Source of the DNA: Phoronis australis
Lineage: Eukaryota; Animalia; Phoronida
Length of the DNA stretch: 64,000 nucleotides
Direction of reading: 5' to 3'
Assembly: GCA_002633005.1 (NCBI GenBank)
Contig: NMRA01000154.1
Coordinates: 383,210-447,209, forward strand
Below are positions 12,301 to 24,300 of this stretch, one piece after another. Within the stretch, counting starts at the first letter, position 1, and each line of letters begins with the position of its first letter. The notes under the pieces were generated by a model. That model saw nothing but the letters and a program-made list of their open reading frames with translations, was not told the origin of the DNA and ran no database searches. Both the position numbers and the translations under genes were made by a program.

Positions 12301-15300
12301 TTGGCCTTCCAGGCATCTCCAATTACTCTGGCATGCTCCTTTACCATGTCCGTGAACGATTCTAAATCGGAGAGAGCAAACAATTTTTAACATCGGTTGT
12401 AACTTAAAACCTGAATCGCTGGCTGATCTAGGATGCCGCAAGGTGGGATCAAATAACGATTTTCCAAGGAAAGGTGTATGGCGTGAAAATGCTATGCCAT
12501 AATCGCTTTTTTCTTTGTTTTTGATCGAGTCCTAAGGATGTGCACCCCCCGCCCCCAGTTCGCTTACAAGGAAACTGTAAGTATTTGTAGAACGTGCAGA
12601 TTGTTAAATACCATCGTTAAAGTCCAACAGGGTAGGCTTAAGTCACAAACTTATACTTAAGTTGTCTGCAGGAGTGTAACCTAAAGGTACACTATACTTA
12701 TTTGCAGGAGTGTAACTTAACGGTACAATCGAATTCTTTTTGAGGGCGTAACTTAGCGATACACTTAAGTTATTTACTCAGAGAGTAATAGTCAGGAGGT
12801 CAAAAATGTCCTTGAAAATGCCCAACAGCCATGACAATTCTTAAAATGTAAATCTTGCATGCGAATGCATGGTCAAGAGTTCGGTAATCAGAATGCTGAA
12901 ATTTTGAGTAGGGCATTTAAACCGCCATTCTATAGACAAGAAGATTACATATTTGCTCTGTTTATGGCTTGTTTATGGAATGCTACAATAGAACTTATCT
13001 CGCGAGAGTACAGCGAGAAGCTCAATCTGTCCCACTTTCTAATCATTCAACCAGTCCCCAAGAAGGAAGCGTGGCGCTTGCGAGGCTTAAGGACCTTTGG
13101 TGAGTACCATAGTCCAGATCTGACATCTTCGATTATGATTTTGACAATTGTCAAAGCGTGTCGCATGTCGAATTCACCAGGAATAGTGTTCTGCGACTGT
13201 AACATGCAATGTTCTGAAATTTCAAGCGAGATCCGATAGCTAATTTTTTCAGTTATTCCGTGAAATGGCCTCTCCCATGCAAAAACCGAACATCGACCAA
13301 AGTTACGGGAAAAATAATAACCTGAGCCGCGATCTTTGGGTGCCCTGGCAAGCTTTCCGCTATCTGTCAGGTCGCATGTGTACATGCGCCATTTTTGAAA
13401 TCGCAGTTCTATGATTTAGTTAACCACAATAAAAATGAAGGGTTTTCTGTAGTCGCTGACAGTTTTGATGACTTAGCTAGTAACGGGAATAGAATCCTCT
13501 CACCGTAAATATTAATATGAGAGGGATTTTATGAGAGTAAAGGTTGGATTTGATTTTCTTTTTGCCAGCTAAAAAGCCTCTTGCGTAGTAACTTAAAAAT
13601 TCAGTTACTACACTGTACGTCTGCGCTTAGAAATTAGGAACAGGTCTATTTTAGCTTAAACAAAAAGGTTGTGTTTCTATCAACAAACTTGTATATTGCC
13701 CTTCGCGTTACATTGTACAATACGGACTTCTCATATTGGCGCTCTCTAGAGTAATGATGTCACAAAATTGACTTCCTATTGATCTCGACTCAGGTTTGTT
13801 GGACAGAAATTCAAAAACAACATAGTGGTTCACAAATATAAAAGCAAACTGCTAATCCCTTTGTCAGCCCCTCCCATTGCTCGATTAATTAAATATCGCC
13901 AATTCATTTTAGTTTTTTGACACCGGCTGCGATCAAATATCTCCCACTTTATCTGCGGCAGCCACTGGCTCCGTCGCAGATACATCGCAGTGGGAAAAGA
14001 ATTGAACTGGACGTCCTTGCTCATAAATGGATGTTTCAAAAAGTTTGCATTAGCTCACAAGGCATTGGTACATCCCACCGCCCAGCAGTTGAAATTTGTC
14101 GGTATTACGATAGCAGAAAAGGTGTTGAAACGCTATTTACACATGTATACCAGTAGGTTGAAACCTGCTTTCCCCATTACATGGGATCTGTTGGTGGCGC
14201 TGAACGCTTTCCCATCAAAGACCTGATCATGAGGGTTAGTGAATTTTAATATGACGCGGCTATTTCGAAATTCAGCTATTACCTCTTATAAATGCCTCAA
14301 ACACAGATGGCGCTGGCGTGCAGTGTAGTATCTCGTCGTTCCAGACACCGCCTGCGACACAGGTCAAGTTGTAACGATCGCGGAATCCTTCTACCAGAAA
14401 TCCGTCGTAGCAGAATATCTCTATTTGAGAATCCTTAAGCACCATCTTCTTACCCTCAACTACATGTAACGTGATGGCATTGGGAACATTCGGTATTTCA
14501 CAGGATGGGACGCACGCGGGAAGAGTTTCGTTAAAAGAACCGTCTGCTTCACATTGCAAAGTGATAGACGTCATCAAGATACCTTCGAAACCAAAACCAT
14601 GGTGGCACGTATAGGTGACAGTTTCGTCGGCAATGATGCTGAACTGAGATGAGTTACGATATCCGTTGACAATAGGCAGGAGGTAGCATTGCTCTAAAGA
14701 GAGAGTTAGAGAAATAGAGATAAGATTGTTGTATAATCAGTAGCCATTGTTTAGTTCACAAATTCGAACTTCCAAAAATTCAAGATAGTTTTGTAAAAAT
14801 GTCTATAAAAGTACAAAGTTTCGTGATGGACAAGAGAGAACTACATTTTAACTACTATTGGTCAAGAGCTCTTTGTGTGTCAACCAAAAAACGAATAGTG
14901 TGTTAATGGCACGTGAGGTGGGTAGGTGCTAACGCGAGCTTCATGTGATAACAACCATTATCATGCTTTCAAAATTTGAATCACGTAAACTCACCAGACA
15001 ATGAATAACCGAATACATCTACTTCACAAAGGCTGAGTATTTCTTCATGGCTCAAAATCTGTATTGCAAGATAGCGGCCAAATATTGGGCGTTTAGTGCA
15101 AATGAGTGTTTTTGTAATCCCGTCGGTGAATGCTTCCGTTTGAATCCGACACGTCTCAGCATCTCCGTTGATATCGGACGTGTTAATAACCTTGACTTCA
15201 AGGTCGCGAAGTCTGTGTCCTTCACCTAGAATAGAAACAGGTTACCTGCATGTACATGTAAGCCGTTGCTTGTGATTACGTCTCTATTTGAAAATACGTC

Positions 15301-18300
15301 GCTCTTCGTACGAACCTAAAAGAATAGGGTTAATGCTATCCAAAACGTTTAATTACGCATTTTCATTGAAAAGAATGTGTTTAAGGTGCTCAAACTTTCA
15401 CTTTGCATACTACTTCCATTCACACGTCTTAACAAGTGACTATGTTTGCAGATCTTGCTCTTTTGAATATTTCTGGAAATGGAGCTTCGCTGACGTACGA
15501 TCTTACATGTACTATAGGTTCATTATGGGACATTTGCTAAATATGAAGCATACATCTGATTGGTGTAATTAATCGTACAGTGTAAATGAGACACTTAATT
15601 TCTAAGTTACAAGTATGTCAACCTACAACCCTACCATCGCCCCTAGCCGTGATGCGAACTGCGTTGATAGCGTGCACCTGACGAAGGTCGACCAACCACC
15701 ATGGCTCTTTTTCTTTCATTGTACTCGAGCAATAGCCATTGGTGGTGTTGCCGTCTACAGCTTTCATAGCCTCGCCTTCACTCAAAGTACTCGATTGTGA
15801 TGTTGGCTTGAACAAGGCAACGTTGGTTGCTGTATGAAACGAAGCACAGATTAATCACAGTATGTAACTAACAGACGCGTTCAACACAGCTCCTCCATTT
15901 GACTAGTTCTCAACCTACAACTTGCTGATTACTATTTTGTTATGCATTTTTGTAAATGAGACTCCCATGATAAAATTAGCCACGAACCTGATAGAAGCAG
16001 TTCACAGAAGTCAATGCTCTTCTAAGATACATGCAACGTTACAGCGCCCACTTCCTAAATGTTTAAAACTGAAAGTGTAGATACTATAACTTGACACGCC
16101 TGGATGAGTCCTAGGTTCAGCAAGTCTTACAACTGCCGAAAATGTACTGCTTCGTGGCGCATAAAGGACAATTGTATAATGAACTATCCTTCTCAAGTTC
16201 TCCTCAAGCACATTAAGATTGAAACTGAACATGGATATGGCGAAAAAAGTAACTCGTATGGTGAGACCGGAAAGTAGTAACTTAGTGGAGTAACTTTTAA
16301 CTGCCTATAGTTTTAGTCGTCTATTTACTGAATGAATATTTGTAAATCCCTGTACCAGGAAAGTCATCGTTGCCGATGTAGTTAACGTAGTATAGAACAA
16401 CCGGTCATCAATTTTTGGCGATTATTCCAGAACACGTCGTTTTCCCAGTTACAACAAAGCTTTTACTATTTTCGAAGATTGCTATGTACCTTTACCACAG
16501 AAGAATTTTATCTCAAAATCCAGGCAAAGATTGTTTTCTTGATGGCTGTTCACACACACCAGGCCCTCGTACTGGGTGCATTTGGAGAGTAGAAAGGAGC
16601 TATTTGGTATCAGGCTTATGGGCGTGTCCTCGCCGAATTCGTCGCTGTACTTGTCTGGCTCCAATCTAGCTCTACAGGTGGCGTTCAATGGAACCAAACC
16701 GTTACTGCAGATGTGGTCCTAATGAGATAAATTCATACAGTATGTTATAAATGGTACAGGGGCAAGCCTAAGTGAGTACAGGGTTCAGTTTATATTGCTG
16801 TAACGGGGCATATACAGTGGCGGATCTACGGGGGGGTTCAGGGGGTTTAAACCCCCCCTCGGGCCAGGACCCAAAAATTAAAAAAAAAAACAAAAGCGTT
16901 TCAAGCAAAACAAAAACGGCACCGCCAGCGTGTGTAAACCCCAAGTAAACCAACTTGAAAAAAATGAGAGGGGCTCACTCTGAAAATGTAGCTTTTTGCA
17001 TTGTGAATTGCTGAGTCTTTGTGGCTCATCGGCAAAACGCGCGGGGATTTATTGTGCGCGCGCTTCCGTCGACACTTATGAAGTAGCCAAGCATTTTAGA
17101 TGGATTCACCGCTGAAAGAGCAGTTCTGTAGCTGATTTCTTTATGTAACTAGCTTCTTTACTCTAAGATATGTTTTGATTTGATTAGGGGAAATACTGCA
17201 GTGCCGCAACCCTGATATTCAGGCGAATTGACGTGCAACGTTTTTGCCTCATCTGTCATGCCATGTCATTCTATTACACGCCACACGTTTGTAACTGATG
17301 TATAGTAAAATGGTCTTGCGCAATATCATACAGTGTACATGTACATGTAATATTGTGTACATGTACAGGTAATATTTTTGAAAAAAATCTTTTTCCGAAG
17401 AATTGCTATTGTGGCGGGCGCCGTGGTCTGGTCGCGAGTCCGTTTGAAGACACACTCTGTAACAAGTTATGTCTATACAAGGAATGACCAATGAAGGGGG
17501 CACTCACATTGAGAAAGTGACCGCATTCGCGAAAAGTGTACAGTACCAGAAATTGCGGGGAGGCTGTTCTTTCACAACAAAGTCTTGCGGGACTCGTGCG
17601 ATGTTCAATAGGCCTCCTAAGGAGCCCTGGTTCCGACCTCAACACCTACCGTCTGTCTACCTGCAATAAGCACACTGCCGTCTTCTATACTGGGAATTTC
17701 CGCANATACATGCAACGTTACAGCGCCCACTTCCTAAATGTTTAAAACTGAAAGTGTAGATATTATAACTTGATACGCCTGGATGAGTCCTAGGTTCAAC
17801 AAGTCTTACAACTGCCGAAATGTACTGCTTCGTGGCGCATAAAGGACAATTGTATAATGAACTATCCTTCTCAAGTTCTCTTCAAGCACATTAAGATTGA
17901 AACTGAACATGGATATGGCGAAAAAAGTAACTCGTATGGTGAGACAGGAAAGTAGTAACTTTGTGGAGTAACTTTTAACTCATGCATTAGTGCCTATAGT
18001 TTTAGTCGTCTATTTACTGAATGAATCTTTGTAAATCCTTGTACCAGGAAAGTCATCGTTGCCGATGTAGTTAATGAAGTATAGAATAACCGGTCATCAA
18101 TTTTTGGTGATTATTCCAGAACACGTCGTTTTCCCAGTAACAACAAAGCTTTTACTATTTTCGAAGATTGCCATGTACCTTTACCACAGAAGAATTTTAT
18201 CTCAAAATCCAGGCAAAGATTGCTTTCTTGATGGCTGTTCACACACACCAGGCCCTCGTACTGGGTGCATTTGGAGAGTAGGAAGGAGCTATTTGGTATC

Positions 18301-21300
18301 AAGCTTATGGGCGTGTCCTCGCCGAATTCGTCGAGGTACTTGTCTGGCTCCAATCTAGCTCTACAGGTGGCGTTCAATGGAACCAAACCGTTACTGCAGA
18401 TGTGGTCCTAATGAGATAAATTCGTATGCTATAAATGGTACAGGCGCAAGCCTAAGTGAGTACAGGGTTCAGTTTATATTGCTGTAACGGGGGGAGGGGA
18501 TATACATGTATGTAAAATCGCCACGGACGTTACTATCGTCACCGCAAATGTGAACGTGCGTGGTAAACAAAAGAAATAACAAAATGTTGGTTTCTAATTG
18601 CGAGTCAATCTTTCAAAATTTTTTGATTAATTTCATGTATAAAATAACTCGTTGCAGTTTTTTTTATCAAAATACCTGAAAAACACCAATGGCATAGTCA
18701 AAAAATTAACCACAATAAGCATGCTTTAGTCGACATAACATTTGTCAACATCAAATTCTGTGACATGGTTTGTGCCTCCCATGTGTCTTAAACAAAATTG
18801 GCTAGCTACGGCCCTGTTGCAATCTTATATAAATGCCATCTGTAACAGACGTTGCATTCATGGTCTGGGATCCGCGCCTGCGTCTACAAATTTCTTCACT
18901 TTTTACGTCGGTACTGAATTGATATTTCTGTACCTCAAAAATTTCAGATTTGAAGGGAATATTGAACAAGGCCGTTCTGTCGTCCCACAAGACAGCGAAG
19001 CGGACAAGCATATCGCTCGACTACAAAATGTATCAAGAGAGCAATCGTAGATAGTCAAGCAGTATCCCACCTTCAAACACATTTGAGAATTGCCAGTCAC
19101 TGGAGAATATAATCAGTTCTTAAATTACATCTCATTAAAATTTTCTTTTAGAGGACAAAAATGGCTATTCAAGACCAGCGCAGGAATCGGGAATAGGAGC
19201 ATCACCTGTTACTTGGCCGTCAATCATTCATGACTTACGTATGACCTTACACTGAAGTAGGCACATCAGTTTCGAAAAAAGTAGTTCAACGAGAAATAAG
19301 TTCACTAAAAATGCTGAAACTCACGAAGTTAGTCGCATTTTCATAGTCACCCGTTCCATTGCTTGGAGTGTCATTATTTGCCCAGTCGGTCCAATATTCT
19401 GAAAATATAATGGATGTGAAATAACAATTGTTTTTGAAAAGTTTCATTTTGTAAGTGTCGTGAAACTGCGTGGAGGGTGAGGTCGGCATTATAAGTAAGG
19501 TACCGTCACTGACCTCGAGTATGAGCATTGTAACGTTTTACGCCGTTTAGTAATCCAGACATACCGTAACGCTGTCATTCATACTCTCATAAAGTCAACC
19601 TCTGCCACAAGAGCTGATAAGATTAGTGGCATTTTCTTATAATATTTCGAAAAACTGAGCTATATTTCAAAGGAGATAATTAAAAACATTCAATTGTCCT
19701 TAAAGTAGGGGCGAGGTTTGAAAGATCTTTACTTATTTCAAATAAAAATTTTGTTCAGAATTCGAGATAGAATTTACTCTCGGTCTGTAGCAAAGCGGGA
19801 AATTAACTTACCCATTAAGACAAAATGGCATTAGAAATAAAAAAAATATTTTCATAAGACCACAAATGCCGTGAAAATTTAAGGAGCACTGTTGAGTCCC
19901 TATTTGTGACTGATTCATGCAACCGGGCGCTAATCTAAAGGTTCATAGTGGTACAATTGTTATTTGTAAAAAAGCGCAATTTCGCTAACAGTTGAATGTC
20001 TAAATATGTCGCTAGCTTAAATATATTATCTTTATAAAAATATGGGACTACAGGAATACAGTACTGTAAATGTTTTAGGACAATTGCAAAATAAACCGTG
20101 TTTACCTAAAAACGAAACCATGGCCCGGAATCATGGAAGCACTACCTGGCAAATACCTGCCTCATAGGTTGGTGTCTAAATTTTCGAATCACAAGAAACT
20201 TTACGTGTGCATTTTACCTTTAAAGTTTTGTGACAATCCACAGACTATCAAATTACAGTTTTAGGGATTTTTTACATAAACCACCTGATATATTAAACGT
20301 ATCCTCACACTTTATTTGACATTGAGAATTGCAGGTAATTAGCTCTAAAACTGGAAAGTGAAGAAGTTAGAATTGAAAACTAAAGTTATATTGCTGGCAT
20401 TTTTTTTCTTAAAAACGTGTTCTCTCGCCGTTGGAGAAAATTCCTACCATACAGTTTATCTACTGAATGCATAGATTTACTTCTATGACATAATTAGGTC
20501 ATTTGCCAATGCATGCTTTTATTATTCAGTCACACTGTTTAATTTGTTTCAACGTAATTAAGACGTTTTGTATATATAAGTTGGCCGTTCTTGTATGTTT
20601 ACGTTTTTGCTCAACTACAATGTAGTAGAATAGGTTACATCCTGCTTTCCCTTTTTCAGCCATCACTCCATCGCCATGGTGGGTTTGTAATTGACGTATC
20701 GCAAGCTCCGCCCCCTTGCTTAATGTCGACTAACAAACAATAAGTTTTACCCGGCAACGTGTTGTTTGTTGGGTAAAATGGCGGCTTGGAAGCGAAGGTG
20801 TATGAATAATGCTGCGTTCTAAATGGTCAGTTAAGCCGTCTCTCAAAATGCTGGCGATGGTTCAATTGGTTTCAAAAGTCAGAGGAGTGCAGGGTTAAAG
20901 GTCTGACAGGTGAATACACTTCAGCTGTATTGTAAGGACAGCCTTCATTTTCCTGGAAATGATTGTTAGTACATTTCTGCACATATAATCGTCAACATTC
21001 TTTTACAGACCAAAAGTCGATTCTAGGGCCACCGTTTCAGATGTTAAAAAAATTGTGTGGTCCTGGTTAGATATGCTCAAAATGTTTATTTGAAAATTTT
21101 CGGGCCAATATTTTTCAAGTTAGAGCATCATAAATATTGCCTACTTTTGTTTCAAGCGGCTTATAAGATTTGGAAATTAAAATTGTTTATTATGTTTATG
21201 TAGACATTGAACCTCTCTATCAGAAGATAGTCTTTGGATTTTTAAAGGAGTTTTCGTTACCCTTCACTTGAGTGTCAAAATTCGGTAAATTTTGCCTAAT

Positions 21301-24300
21301 TTTGTGTGTTTGATTCGTAGCCATTTTTGAGGTGCTCAGTTATTTTCCATAAGTGTGCTGTCTGACGAAGAATATAAAGAAGAATAAAAAATGGCTTTTC
21401 ATTTGTCTTCAAGCAACAGGACACACCATAGCGAATTTTACAGTGCCTGGCGGCGGGCAGTATGCAGTTGTGTCTTGTAAATCTTATAAAGGGGCTTAAT
21501 TAATTCTAGCAAATATGTTTCTATCGTAATCAAATCAGTTGCCGGCAATTTTTAAGTAATTTTCACTACTGCTGGCGCCCTGTTGCCACTTTCTATAACT
21601 AGATTTTTGGTGAAATTTCATAAAAGTTGGCAAAAATGTTTCCATAGATAGCACATGGATGTTTGAGACCCACGTTTCGATATTAATCTGAAATTCTGTT
21701 ACAATATTTTGTCTTTTATCAGCTATTTTACATGACGATGATTTTGATTAATATCGAAACGTCGTTTACCTGCAGCACTCTAGAGTCATTTTTGTTTTCC
21801 ACTTCGTGTAATTTGACCAAAAACCATTGTTTACATGGCTGCACGGTTCCGAATGATTCTGACTTGTGCTGTCCCACCAGCAATGGCGGATTTATAGGGG
21901 GACCAAGGGGGCCATGGCCCCCCCAAAAATTCTTCCAGATTAAATTTGGTAAATCGGGGTGTAAGTGTCTGACGGGCAAATTCCTGGCTAATACTCTGCC
22001 CCGCCCCCCAACTCAAAATCCTGGATCTGCCCCTGGTCAAGGTTTTGCATCACTAGCTGGAGCACAGAACAGACATTACGTAGTACGTTTTGCTTGAGTA
22101 GACTTGAGTACGTGGGGCGGAAGTTAATAAAGTGATTAACTCGAACCAGTCTTCAGTCTGTCGTCGCACCGAAAGCTACTAAACACCGGTCAGCGATAAC
22201 CTGTGTCCGCCCATCCACGGAGTAAACCGCGTGTTCATCATAAAATTTGAAAACAGATGCGTGCCGACTAAGTACGCTTTATGAATAAAACGGATAAAAA
22301 AGACGAATATAGACGACACACCCATATTAAAACCGCAATTTCTTGTTTACTCTTTTCATCCTTTTATTCTTATCATGACTACAGTGCAATGAACGTAAGT
22401 TTTTCATAAGCTCATTCATTCACTCATTCCGATGAGAAAACCTATCTTAAGAGTGCAGTGCACTTCAGACCAGACAAAAAGCCATAAGTGGGTGATATAC
22501 CCTATGTCACGGATTTGGATCGTACTATGCGTTGCAGTTTACTTGCTTATGTTATATTACTAAAATGTAGTTTAATACAATTCCTACTTTGATAAATAGA
22601 CTAAAAGTCGGGCACATCAGTTTTCGCTCAAAATCAGTGTCAAATTTTAACATGAAATCTCATTTTTTGTGGTATTGTAAAAAGTATAGAAGCTGCTGGA
22701 CAGTGAAATAGTTTTTGTTTTGGATTAACTCATCCATGGTCTCAGTAATAATAATAAATAGAAATTGGAAATATTACCTGACATTTCTTAGGATTTTTAA
22801 CGGGGTCAAAAAAGCAAAAACACAGAAAACTGACAAATGCATATTATATGTTACTATTACTGAGTGCCGAAGCGTGTCAGTTTGCGTTCTTTCCAGGAAT
22901 AGTCATGAAAAATGCAGGGAAAACTATGCCTCGACATTGTTGTTCTCCATGCAGAAAAAAAAGAATCGTTATCAGATAAATACATGCAAGGTTGGTTACA
23001 TTTAATTCAACCGACATCACAACATTCGCGTTTCAGAATCGTCATAAAAAATGCTTGAAAACTGTGCCTCGGAGTTGTTGTTCTCAATGCAGGGTAAAGA
23101 ATCGTTATCCGATAAATGCATATGTACATAGACATTCTCTTGTACTACATGAAAGTTGATTGCATTCAATTCAACTGACATTACAATAGTCGCGTTTCAG
23201 TTTGCGTTCTTTCCAAGGATCGTCATGAAAAAAGGCTTAAAATGCTATTGTTGTTCACAATGCTGGGTAAAAAAATTGTCAGCTTTCTGTGTTTTTGCTT
23301 TTTCGGCCCCGTTAATTATCCTCAGAAATTTCAGGCAATATTTCCAATTTCTATTTATTTATTATTACTAAGACCACTATTTCACTGTCCAGCAGCTTAC
23401 AATACCACAAAAATGAGATTTCATGTTAAAATTTAACACTGATTTTGAGCGAAAACTGATGTGTCCGACTTTTAAACTATTTATCAGAGTAGGAATTGTA
23501 TCAGAACGTATTACGTAATGTCTGTTCTATGCTCCAGCTAGGGCTGCAAAACCTTGACCAGTGGCAGATCCAGGATTTTGAGTTGGGGGGCGGGGCAGAG
23601 TATTAGGCAGGAATTTCCCCGTCAGACACTTAACACCCCGAATTACCAAATTTAATCTGCTTAGTGGAAGAATTTTAGGGGGGGCATGGCCCCCTTGGCC
23701 CCCCTCTAAGTCCGCCACTGGAACTGGCGGCTATATAACGTCCACGGGAATCTGGTCATAGTGGTTTTGCCTTTGCCTGTAATTGTCAATGAATCTTTCA
23801 CCTTGACACTGTCCTCCGCTTTCAACGCCCTGCATGAAAACTACTTGAAGATTCCTCAAAAATAACGTTTGTTTTCAGACACACTTCAGAGCTAACTCAC
23901 AGTAAGCATCTTTGCTAAAAGGACAATCACAGATAAAACCAAAATTAAATGATATTGTTTATACAACACTGTACGATTTGGAAAGTCGCAAGAGGGGAGG
24001 GGCAACCACGATTTTTGAAGGAAAATGTTATGAAAATGATTTATCGGCGGTGTTTTATTTTTTTTAGCCGTGCGAATAAGATTTCTGAGCTTTGTAAAAC
24101 CAGTGAGATTTGAATTTCGACTCTCGCAAAAAGTGTCCTGCCAAAACTACTGCTGTTTGTCTAGTAAGTATCATAATTCCATGACAACGAGCACTTTTCA
24201 GAAATAAAGTAGAGTACCCTCGGTGCTTAGAAATCACGAAATTTGATAAATGATAAATTGATTTGCAGTTTGGGGGCCAGCTAGTAGCAAATATTTACTT

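Larger units (their letters stand above)
16026..18492. repeat. Near-identical ~790 bp duplication (16026-16815 and 17706-18492) containing the WxxW exon
   Basis: The copies differ by few substitutions and small indels; the second copy begins exactly at an N (17705). Confidence 0.9.
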
